The translations under genes and the position numbers were made by a program. From contig CM082581.2 of NCBI GenBank assembly GCA_040954595.2, forward strand, positions 11,654,286-11,718,285: a stretch of 64,000 nucleotides of DNA, given 5' to 3'. Positions 27,901-39,434 of the stretch are shown here, in pieces (the stretch's first letter is position 1; each line of letters opens with the position of its first letter). Under the pieces are notes generated by a model. That model had not been told where the DNA came from. It saw nothing but the letters and a program-made list of their open reading frames with translations, and ran no database searches. The DNA comes from Balanoglossus misakiensis. Taxonomy: Eukaryota; Animalia; Hemichordata.

Positions 27901-30900
27901 AACGCGATCGGTATTGATTATCGAAGTGCGGAACTCAAAGTTAAGAAATTACCACGTAAGTGATATTTTTCTTACATTGGGCAAACAGAGGGTACAAGCT
28001 AGTGATTTTAGATACAAGAGGTTGGTGAGATCCACCGCTCGGGGCGCTCTCTACAAGTACCTCAACAAACTTTCACATGCGCTTCCGCCCGTTTCTTTTG
28101 ATTCTGAACCAATGCACATTGTTAATATTTTTACTTTTTGCTGTCTTCTTGCGAGTGAAACCATTTCGTCCGCCAATTAATCAATTTCCCCCGCATACTT
28201 TCAACAGTTGCCCCTGCCTTTACCGAAGTACTTCAAACCAATATTTCGGCCACCGTCGGACAAGACGTGCGGATCAAATGTCCAGTGAAGGGAAGTCCAA
28301 GGCCTTACATCACCTGGATCAAAGATAGCAAACCCATCGTGACCGGTCAAAAGTACTTACCCACCAGGCAAGGTTTGAGAATACTGAACGTGATGTTTGA
28401 GGACAACGGAACGTATTCCTGCAACGTGAGCAACGAACATGGACAGATCACGGGCAATTTCACCCTCACAGTCAACGGTAAGACTGATGATTTCGATGAT
28501 CTTTCAAAACATACAGACAGATAGTCTTCGTGCGCGCTTGTTGTCGAATTTCAAATAGCACCATCCGTATCGTGAGTGCTCATATGAAACGGTGATCAGT
28601 GAGACATGAACTTTCTTGTTGTATGGGGAGAAAAGTGTCTTGTACTAACGTTCTGGTGATCTTAACAGCGCATAATTGATTTTGTTCCGCTTCAGAAGAG
28701 CCGCCTGTACCAAGTTATCTATCGGACGCCAGAAAAGTTGTAATCATTGACCCCGAGCCGCCATACTTTACTGCGGCGCACAAAATGTTGGCAAACGTCA
28801 CCAAGACAAGCGGCGGTTCCGTCAGATTTCGGTGCAACGCCGGAGGCTCTCCTCCCCCAGATATCAAATGGTTTAAAGACGACCACGAGATCAACGTCAA
28901 GGACGTGATGGCTGGCGAGGTACGCTGCTGCGTGGTTGAATGGATGGATGAATGGACGGATGGATACCATTAGGTTTTAGAATGAATGAACGAACGAATG
29001 AATGAATGAATGAATGAATTATGAACATATAATTATAACGTTCACGTATCCTAGTACGTATAGTAACAAATGGAATTTATTTCATACCAACAGACACGTC
29101 ATAAAAAGTGGATTCTTGCCCTAGAAAACATCCACCCATCAGACGAGGGCTTATATACTTGCATAGTGAGTAACCAATACGGGCAAATCAACTACACCTA
29201 CCAACTCATCGTCCAACGTAAGTTGATCAAGCGCTTTATTTAGGCAATAGTATAGCTTTGCTTAAATCTTTACGCTTAGTTTTTTCGGCAGTAAGGGTTT
29301 TAATTAAATGTATTAGTTTTGGAATGTAGAATAGAGGCGAAGGGCTTTTTGTCGAATTTCACGCATCATCTTTGTGAGTTACGTCTTCTAAGTTTGTGAT
29401 AATTTTATACTAGTCTTCTTAGCTTGTTGGTATGCTTCTTAAAATAGGACGTAATATGAATAATAAATCTAATTACTGAGATCCTTCGAGTAGACTCGGT
29501 TCTTGTTACTGATATGTACAATGAGAGAGGAATTATGGTGTGTTCAAATTTTCATGAATACATTGGAGCTGGCAATTTAAGGGAATAAAGTATGTATGCT
29601 TTGACTTTTATTTTAGCGCCATTGATTCTTAAGCCGGGTTTCCCGAGGAATAAGTCGATCCCTGTTGGTTCGCCTGTATCGTTTAAATGTGACGTCATCG
29701 CTACTGACTTGCAACCGAAGATTCAGTGGTTGAAACACGTCACGACAGTTGGGGATGTGGAAAGTGGTGACGTCATCACGCAAATCAAGGTAAAACAGTT
29801 TCCGATTGGTTATGTCAAGTTGTACTGAATGACGATTAAATTTTTTTCCATTTCATTTAATAGTAAACAGTAACGCAGCTTTTACAGTAGTATTATAAAT
29901 CAATGAATGGATCACACATGGCAATTTTTCTCGTTTGATACTTAGAATTTGTCATATTTGATTGTTGAATACAGGACAAATGGATGAACCAGCCGGAGTG
30001 GACCTGTGACGTCATGATAAAGATGCTGTTTCCACGTTCTCCACCCGTTGAGTGCATGGAGCAGGTAACAAGAGTGTTTTATGTGGACACTGTGGGTTTA
30101 CTTTCCAACCTAGCAGGCTTTTTTGCACGCATATATTACATGTCTGCCTTTACTAACAGATAGTTTCATTCTTGCAGCCAACTGTCCAGACGAACGATAC
30201 GACGACCAGCCCAGAGAAGTTGCACTTGTATGACGTCAGTGATGACGACTCGGGAATGTACACTTGTTTGGTTCTAAATGGAACTCAAGTTAAAGCTCAC
30301 CGGAGTGCCTGGCTGTCAGTCATTCATGAAGGTAAGTGTGCGCGTGCGCTAAGGTTTGGACAAGATGCTGCCATTTTCTTTATTACCCTATTTATTTGTT
30401 GACATGGTGAAGATTTGACGGAACGTGGTTGCAATGAATTTGGGATGGGGGACAATGCACAGGAAAGCTTGAGTTGATTTAATTTTCTCGTGGTTTGTTC
30501 AGTTTTAGAGACAACCGAAGCGACCATTTCATTCGAATCGACAAACACCACAGCGGAACCGGAACTCACTCCCGAGACAGCCGCCTGGAAACTAGGCACG
30601 CTTCATTTTATCATCATCGGTGCGGTCGCTGGTGTCGTCGTCACCCTCGTTCTGATGATTGTCGTCTGCTGCTGCATCTGTCGACGTAGGCGGTCACGCG
30701 ACATTTCCCTCTCCGAGTCAAACGGCGTCAAGGAATCTAAGCCCGTGAAAACGCAAAAGGCGAAAACGGAGAAGAAAGGGAAGAAGCGAAATGAAAAGAA
30801 ACAAAAAGAAAATATAGAAATGACTTACGAAAAGGTGAGCACAAAGGGGGACGATGAGATTAAAGAAACAAAAGTTGACGACGCAATAAATGAGGACAAC

Positions 30901-31110
30901 GCGTTGCAGAATGACTCTGGCGGCAGCGTTCAGGAGAGAAATGAAGCGTCCAATGAAACGGAAGAAAACGATCCACAACTCCAAGATGATGACGTCACGC
31001 CGAAAGGAAGGGGAGCTATCGCAGAAGAGGAGACGTTGAGTTCAGATTCTGATTCAGCGGAAGATCCGATGAATCCGGAATCCACTTCGGAACACTCTAT
31101 CGACCTTTAA
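24950..31110 (+). CDS. Kinase-less FGFR-like type I membrane protein with five Ig domains (D2-D3-D1-D2-D3), ~823 aa
   Basis: Exons 24950-25052 (signal peptide, GC donor), 26026-26201, 26879-27002, 27151-27341, 27499-27582, 27805-27955, 28208-28477, 28696-28919, 29094-29217, 29617-29789, 29975-30064, 30178-30331 and 30503-31110; all phases are consistent (2472 nt). FGFR D2 signatures (PYFTSPQKM..., WTLVLEDLVVSDSGSYTC) and D3 signatures (LKPGLP..., IQWLKHV). TM segment FIIIGAVAGVVVTLVLMIVV, then a Lys-rich and acidic tail and a stop, with no kinase. Confidence 0.88.
28980..29019. repeat. (GAAT)n microsatellite, intronic
   Basis: Imperfect GAAT/GAAC tandem run. Confidence 0.85.
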
Positions 31111-31737
31111 GAAGTAACGTTAAAGTTACTATTTAACACAGTATTATTAGTTGAAGAAACGAAAAACATATATTTTATTTACTTGTAAATATGTTACTGT
31201 GGGCATAATACATTGTACTTCTTTTCGTAGTTGAAAAGCAACTCTTTTTGTATATTCAAAACTTACAAGTTGCAAGACAAATCTACCTCAGTGCTAAAGC
31301 TCTCGCCATGGTTTTTCTTGCCATATGTATTTGTCATTTACGAGTACGTCAATCATAATACATCGCAAGTGATATATGAATACAAGCTGCTTATTTATTT
31401 ACATTTTTTGTGCCATGTATCGCATAGATTGATATGTATTTACTAAAGTGTACATGTGGCTGTGGCTTGAAGCTTTTTTAATAATGCGTTGTTAGTTGAT
31501 GTCTGTTCGGGTGCAGTTTGCTTGGGTTCGAGCAAGCTGGTCAAGCAACTCTTTGATCTGAAGACAGGCGGTGCACGTACTAGATCATGTGCACGACAGA
31601 CTGTTCGTCATACAAAGAAAGTATTTCTCGGTAACGAATGACTGCAAGGTTCTCAACTCTTCGACAATTTTTATTGTTTTATAGTATCTGTTGATATTTT
31701 ATGTTATCAATTTTAATATGAAACATATAAGCAAAAG

Positions 31738-31869
<132 letters not shown>

Positions 31870-32105
31870 CTGTTACTTACACACACAACATTCAAACATA
31901 CAACTCAACTCTTAACCTGTGTATGTTGTCTTCAATGATATCTACTGGGCATTGAAGGTTTTGTCGGGGCGATGTAAAGGCCAAAATACAAGTTTATAAT
32001 TAAAATCAACGGAATAAGCGTACCTGGTCGTAGTAGTGATTTCTTAAATAATATTCTCGGAGCCAACTATTCTGATCCACGTATTATTATGCATGTACAT
32101 GTACA

Positions 32106-32193
32106 AGGAAGTGGAAACAAAAAAAATCTCAACTGAGTGCGCCCCCAAACGATGACGGTGAAAAATGTTTGTATACATTTGTACAAAATGGCG
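32106..32193 (+). promoter_or_regulatory. Housekeeping-type promoter motifs of ARH3
   Basis: ETS-like AGGAAGTG at 32106-32113; YY1-like CAAAATGGCG overlapping the ATG (32184-32193). Confidence 0.35.
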
Positions 32194-35100
32194 ACCCCGA
32201 TTGTAAGTAGTCTGCTGTCCAGGTTCCGCGGATGTTTGGTGTCTGCAGTCGCTGGAGACGTCCTTGGTTCTGACTTTGAAGGGATGAGCAGAATACATCT
32301 CGGGTCGGCGGTCCAACATGTTGAGAAGTTCAGCAGTAATGTCGAAAAAGGTAATTCTTTTCACTTTCTTTTGGCGAACAGCTATATGCAGTGTAAATAA
32401 GTCGTATGCTCTACTACACAGACTGGTACATGTACTACATGGTTGATTTGTTGGGTAATTAAAGCGTGTGTAGATTGATGTGATCGCGTAGGCTGGTGAG
32501 GTCGCGGTCCATGATAACCTTTCTACCACGAACAAACCAAACGTCGCGTCCCAATGTGCGGTTGCCATGGTGACAGTAAACAATGCTACAAAACTGCAGA
32601 TTTCAACCCAGCATTGATTATGCGTGTGAACCAGTCATTCTCTCTATTCTGTGAAGAATATTGAGGTGGAACTTCATGCAGTATTACATGGCCAATCGTT
32701 GTGACTGTGAGTGCTGCTTTACTTTCAATGTTTGAACAGGATTCTGCCACAAGTGTTGTTTCCCACAATGTCAGATTGAACAAGTTCATTCCTGCGTGCT
32801 TAAATATCATTTAATAAATTTGTCTTGATTTTCTATAGTTGTAGCACAACAACCATTTACTGATGACACAGCCATGGCCAGATCTGTTGCAGCTTCCTTA
32901 ATCGAAAACAAAGGATATGTTGCCAAAGATATGGGCCACAGGTGAGCCTTACACATTTATTTATAGCTCTGATAAGAATTCACATATACTGGGGGAGGGG
33001 TAATGAATTTTGAGAAGCACTTTTGTGTGGTCACTGAATGCAACACCGCCCTCTGTGGCTAGATACAGTATAGATATGTGATCACTGAGCCAAGACACAG
33101 TATTTTTGATCATAATATCAAATTAATGCGTAAGTAACATTTTTTTCTTTCCATGTTTGTGTTGAACAGGTTTGCAACTGAGTTCAAGAAGGAACCACAT
33201 CGAGGTTATGGTGCTAATGTTATCACAGTGTTTGACAAGTTGTTAGATCCATCTTTAGATGATGTGTATAAACCAGCCAGAGAACAGTTCGACGGTAATG
33301 GTTCCTATGGAAATGGAGGAGCAATGAGAATAGCCCCTGTAGCATTATTTGCCTACAAAGATTTCAGTGAAATGAAAAGGGTAGGTCAGAGGTCATGAGT
33401 TTTAGTTTCGGTGTGTGAAATTACTTTCACTGCGGAGAGATTATTCAGATCTTAGAATGCATGCTATGCCTGGCTTTAATACATTTTGTAATCTTTGCAT
33501 AAGGTGGAATGCTTGTTGAGCTCTAGACAAATATGTGGACAAAATACATGAAATTCGTTTGTTTTTGTCTTGAGTTAATGCCTGTGGGTGTGTTTGCATG
33601 AAAACAAATATATTATAGCCTCAGAGAGTAAATATAGTGTTGGTTACACAGTCTGAAACAGAATACCTCAATATGGGGTATCAGTTACTGTATTCGGTTG
33701 GGTGTGACATTTAATAGATCGACCCTTGCCTGTCTTGAAGGTACAATGTACATGTCAGGGGTACATGTGTTACAATTGTCACATGACATTGCAAAGCATG
33801 GAGAAGCTCGCCCTCTACAGTCCACATCAGATATACACGATGACCAAAATGCAGAGTCATTTACTCAAACATGTGTAAAGCAAATTTTCACCTCTTTATG
33901 TACACATAACTATATATACAGCGGTTAAAATAAGATTTTGTTTGAGTAGGCTATGCTTTGTTTAAGTATTTCATCATGATGTTTGCAAACATTTGTCCAA
34001 TCTGGATGGTATTTGGGTGGTCACTCTATTCTAGGGTTCAGATCAGAGCTGTTTCAGTGTACTTGGGATATTATGGCAGCCAATTTTTGTTCATTTTTGT
34101 TTTTGAACAAATTTTTGGACATTAATGCAGTAGTTGCAATATAGTGTAGTTTGTGGGGTGCAGACATTTGCCCACCTCACCAAAAAACATCGTTCTTTGA
34201 TTGGCGTATTTGAAAGTACAACAGATGTTCTAATATAACTCTCTCTTGCTTGTGTTTTTGCAGATTGCAAAAGAGAGTACTCTTCTGACACATTCTAATC
34301 GCCTTGGTTACAACGGAGCCATCCTAGAATGTGCTGCAGTACACAAAGCGCTACACAGCACACCACCGTTGGATTCTCAGAAGTTCATCGATGAACTCAT
34401 TGAAATCATGAAAGAGGTGGAAGAGGGGGACACGCAAGGAAACAAGAAGCAAAAAATGTAAGTTTCTTTTTAACCCTTTCAATGCCATGGTTTGGTCCAA
34501 ATTCATTGTTTTCTGTGATGAAGTTGGATTTCATGTAATACATGTAATTTTATTGCCAAATCTTCATTCCTGCACCACAGAGTAGGGCTGACTACATTGC
34601 CAATTGCAATTGTTCTGTCATCATTCGATTTCAACATTCGCAGCATAATCCGCCATCGACTTCGAACTGCAAAGCGAAATCTTTCTTTGACTGTCCCAGT
34701 TTACAGACAAGAACCAGTGTTGCTGTCAGCGTAAAGCTCTCAGGAGCCGGGCCTTGTCAAGCGCGGCGGTACTAGTGAAGTCGTTGCCTGAAACTAGGAT
34801 TAGGATTTCCAACAAGTGGTACATTAAGCCTGTGCATTGCGGCAGAGGCGGGCGGACGGGTGGCGGGTCGTTTGGAGTCTTGTGTCTGTGATTGTTTGTA
34901 TTCGAGTGGTGGCGTCCGGGGCAACAGAGACTGAACGACCCACTGACACATGTCTCACCATATGTGTTTGCATTTCACCTCGAACAATGCACTGTGAAGG
35001 GCTTAAATTGGAATCAAAGGGAACTTACTTCACCGAAAGTGTGAACATGTTACAAGCTTTGCTGAAGTCTCAATGAAATTAGTCGGATAGCTAAGCGGTC

Positions 35101-38100
35101 ACTGACCTTTGCAGCCCCCCTTTCTCCCCTCAAACCAAATGCAGAGATCCAACTTTACTATTAAAAATCTACATTATACGAAATTGTGACAACAAATAGG
35201 TTGGCATGGCAACAGTCTTGGGTTATAAATATGTTGTCTTGTACTAAATTTCATTTCTCATATTATTGACTGAAAGAGAAATTGGAAGTTGTAACAAAAT
35301 AATTTCTCAAAAATGTTTGGAACAAAAAAACAAAACTGGACACTGGATATGTTGGCGGGAATAAGCAGTTGTCAGAGGAGTTAAGTTCAAGTGTGACCTT
35401 TTCACACACTGATCCCAGGATTTTGAATTTCTTATTTATTAGAGAGGATTTTGGTGCTGCTTGGAGGTGCTGCTTGCTAGTCAAGTAGGTGACAGATGCT
35501 CTATAAGCTGGCAATTCCTTTTAAAAATCTGGTAAAACACTGCATGTCATTGACATGAAGAATAAAAAAAAACACCCAGGTACTCAGCCTGATTTCTAAT
35601 CTCTTCCTGGTGACTTTCAACAAATCTCCCTGAAATGGCATTGTTGTTTTAACAGACTATTGGGAAGCTAACATCTCCTTCAGAACTTGTCTATATTCAC
35701 TTCAATCAGGCTGCATTGAGAGAGGTCTTCTCCACCAACAACAGCAAGCCTTCTACTTCTAGCAAACATGGGAAGAATATACAGTCAGGTCCCAACAGTA
35801 TTGCCTGTTGGTAAAACATTTTCAAAGTAGACATTCTGTTAGCAGAGAACTCGGGGAATATGTATGACCCAGTCCTGTGTGCAGTTTTGCTATCCGCTAC
35901 AAGTGGTCAACTTTTTACCCAATATGCATTGCTGTATCATCATATGACCCCCTGGCATCCATAAAGTATTAATATGAAACATCAAGGTGCAGTGAGGCAT
36001 TTAATGCCAAAAGTGCAAAATTGACTGAAAGAAAATTATGCTGACTTTTATTAATGTTATTGCGACATTGGCTTCTTGTCAAGAGAGCGTCTGTTATAAT
36101 AATAAGGATATGTCTTGGACTCTTGCAGTGATGTGTGCCAGTCTGCCTGACGTTAAGACTATTTTTGCTTTACTTCCACGTCTGACCGAAAGACTTTGAA
36201 TGCGCGTCAAAAGGTCACCTTGCCAAGTCTTGTCTGTCAGTCCCTTGGGACTGTGCCTTGACTGCCCTGGCCCGTGAAAAAAGCCCTTTATGTATATGTG
36301 TGTATTCAGGTGGGGCTGTGAAATGAGTGCGGACGGTCTAAAAGTTTTAGAATAAAGCAGAAAAAAAGTCCAGTTGAAGACGATGACCTGACTGCACATT
36401 TGCTGATCTAAAAGGTGCCACTGTGGTGACATGGCAGAGTTTCTAAACAAGGCAGTGGTCTGTGTAGAGGGACCATGGCAGTGGTAATTGAAACTTGAGC
36501 TCTAAAAATGAAACAAAAGATGTTGTGTGTTCTCCATTGAAATTGGGATTAGAATAGTGTGAAAAGAGAAATTGCTGCCTGGGGAATTCCCTGCAGGCTG
36601 TGCTGTAACTAGCCCCTTACTACTTGTTTTTATGGTTGGTGATTAGCACTTTCTCTGACAGCTGCTAATTGGTCATTGAGGGTGAAACAAAAGCAAGGTC
36701 CCAGAGGTCATGCAAATGAGCCACAGAGGATTGCTCTTGCCCTGGGATCTCTTGACTATTGGGAACTTTTGTGAATTGTAAACGACAATAGTGTGTTGGG
36801 AACCCAGCTGTGGGGTTTTTGCTGAGTTGTGAGAATACAGATGAAGTGAACATGAAAAAACATGTGTGGGTATTGTCTAGCAAACATGAAATTCACTGCA
36901 GATGGCCCGAGGAAATAAATCTAGCAGAAGTATGTCAAGTACTAGACTCTCTCACAGTCCCTAGTTTTTCTACATTGGTCTGATTTGCTGTTGTACACTG
37001 CACTGATGCCCCCTAGCGAGGATGGAGCCAGCATTTGCAGAGAAATCAGCCTCTTGCCAGATACTTAGATTGGCCAGCTGAGCTTTGGCGGCTTGCCTTA
37101 GTAAAGAAGGATAAGGCGTTTGAGAAACCATCTGAGTTTTGGGCTGTCAAGGGTCTGTAGTCAGAAGAAGGCATTGTGAAGTGTGACCACAGTTGTACAA
37201 CATTTTATATCACCACGTTGAAATTGAAGAATTCTTTAAGTCCAATAGCTGCAGTGATATTAACACCCATGCAAGAACAAGAATTAAAACAGTCTACATT
37301 CTACTTGTCTGATTTTATTCATGGAAAAATCTAATTTCATTTCTTACTTATCTCTAACCACAAAACAAATACTGGTGGGTTGGTGGATGTTTTCTCCGAA
37401 CTTTGTCATTTCAACCGCTACATGTACTTCTATCAACTCTCCATGAAATTCCACCAGTAATTCTCAGACTCTGTGACTGGAGTGTGTGTCTCTCTGTCAT
37501 GTCCTGGAGGGGGAAATTGTCTTGTGTTTGTATGTTTGCACTCAACCATGATTGACAAACATGTTTGTGTGGTTTCTGTCAAGTGAGAAGCTTCCTTCAT
37601 TATGGCCAGTGTATTACCAAAGGGGATACTAATTACGTTTCAGCGACAGTCCCTGTGCTATTTACTTGTGCATTCATTAACCTGTCTATAAAGGCCAGTT
37701 TAGGAATGTCCCTTGACTGGCCACTATAGGCAGGTTCCACTGTATTACATATCACAGATGTCATTGAATATGAAAATTAACAGTTTGATGAAGTTTTGAC
37801 ATACATTGACGTATGTCAATGATATGTTATCCATCTATAGATAAATGTAACACTGTCTTTATTTTCTACCAGTGGGAATGGTGATGAGGATAATAAGGAA
37901 CCATTTGATAATAAACCTTTCTGCAAGCATCTCAATGAAATTAAAAAATTGTTGCAAAAGGAGGAAGCAGAAACAGAGGAAGTGGTTGAATGCCTTGGTA
38001 AGTGACTCTGCCCCTTTAACCATTGTTTGGTGATGGAAGCTCATTCTTGACTTTGGGATAAGACTCTTCTCCTTTAACCCTTATAGCACCTTGCCTGTCT

Positions 38101-39434
38101 ATATACAGCCTAGCTATTTGACACAAGCTGCTCTTAGACAACTATCATCTTCCAGAACCTTTAGCATGCAGCTACACAAGTCAATTCATTCTGTATGCTT
38201 ATTACACTATTCTCCTGAGAAAATGAAGTGATATAGTGATATGTATGAGGTGTTGTAAGTGTTCATGATGAATTTATAAATAATTCACAAAGAGAAAGCA
38301 AGTTTTTAAAAGAAATAAATAGTTTTTTTGTGTGTTATAAGAAAATCCCTTTGCCCAAGGGGTCCATTGCCATAGAGACTGTAAGGATAAACCATGTTTT
38401 GTGTTAGAAGTTCATTCTTAGCCTTCGGTTAAACTTGATAGAAACCAACCTCTCATTGATGCTTTGAAAACTCATTGTGTATACGAGTGTGAGAATAATC
38501 TGGATGCAAAACTTACTTCAACAGTCAAGTGAAAGATGCCTTAGGTGTTCCATACAGAATACAGAATTGTAGATGTGAAATTTTGGAAGCTATATCCCCT
38601 ACCCACCATGTCAAACATAAAATGGATTCACATACTTTATCCATAGGAAACCATCCTTCATGGAATATTACTTTACACACAAAGTAACGTGTTTGGATTT
38701 TCACCTGATTTTATCTATTTTACACAGTTCACATATCAATGAGAAGGGAGTGGCCAGTAGACTTTACACCATGTGTTTAGCAGATTTGATATAAAACGAG
38801 AACAGTTTCAGGTGTAGCATTATTAAAGTACAAATGAACAGTATGTCGTCTGTTTCTGGGCAAGTTGATGTTATAAGCAAAGTTTAAGCACTTAAACCAC
38901 AAGTAGGTTTAGGAATGGGCATGTATGTTTCACCAGGTGATCTAGAAATGAGGACTTTCACTGCATGTTGATTCAGGGATGAACTCGACAAAATGTATGT
39001 TTCTCTGTGATGTGATTGATTTAGAAGTTAGTATCAGGTTTGTGTTTCAGCACAAGTTAGTCAAGAAATGAACACAGTACATGTACATGTATTTTGTATG
39101 TGTCACTGTCATTTAATTTAGACGTGAACATAATGTTATATCTTTCACTGCAGGTCATGGCATAGGAGCTTTGGACTCTGTACCTACTGCCATTTATTCA
39201 TTTGTGCGTTGTTTGAAACCAGTCGCAGGGACAACTGACAACGGACTGGTGCGAACAATCATGTATGCCATCTCTTTGGGTGGTGATACGGATACCATAG
39301 CAACCATGGCCGGTGCTATTGCTGGCGCCTATTATGGGATGGAATGTGTGCCGGAGAGTTGGAAGACTAGCTGTGAGGGTGTCAGTGATGCAATCACTTA
39401 TGCTGATCAACTCCATCAGCTGGTTACCGAGTAA
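32188..39434 (+). CDS. ADPRHL2: ADP-ribosylhydrolase ARH3 (ADP-ribosylserine hydrolase), 358 aa
   Basis: Exons 32188-32350, 32839-32941, 33170-33380, 34264-34457, 37873-37997 and 39154-39434 (1077 nt). Motifs SRFRGCLVSAVAGDVLG, FTDDTAM, PHRGYG, FDGNGSYGNGGAMRIAP, LTHSNRLGYNGA, SVPTAIYSF and AISLGGDTDTIATMAGAIAGAYYG. Confidence 0.96.
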
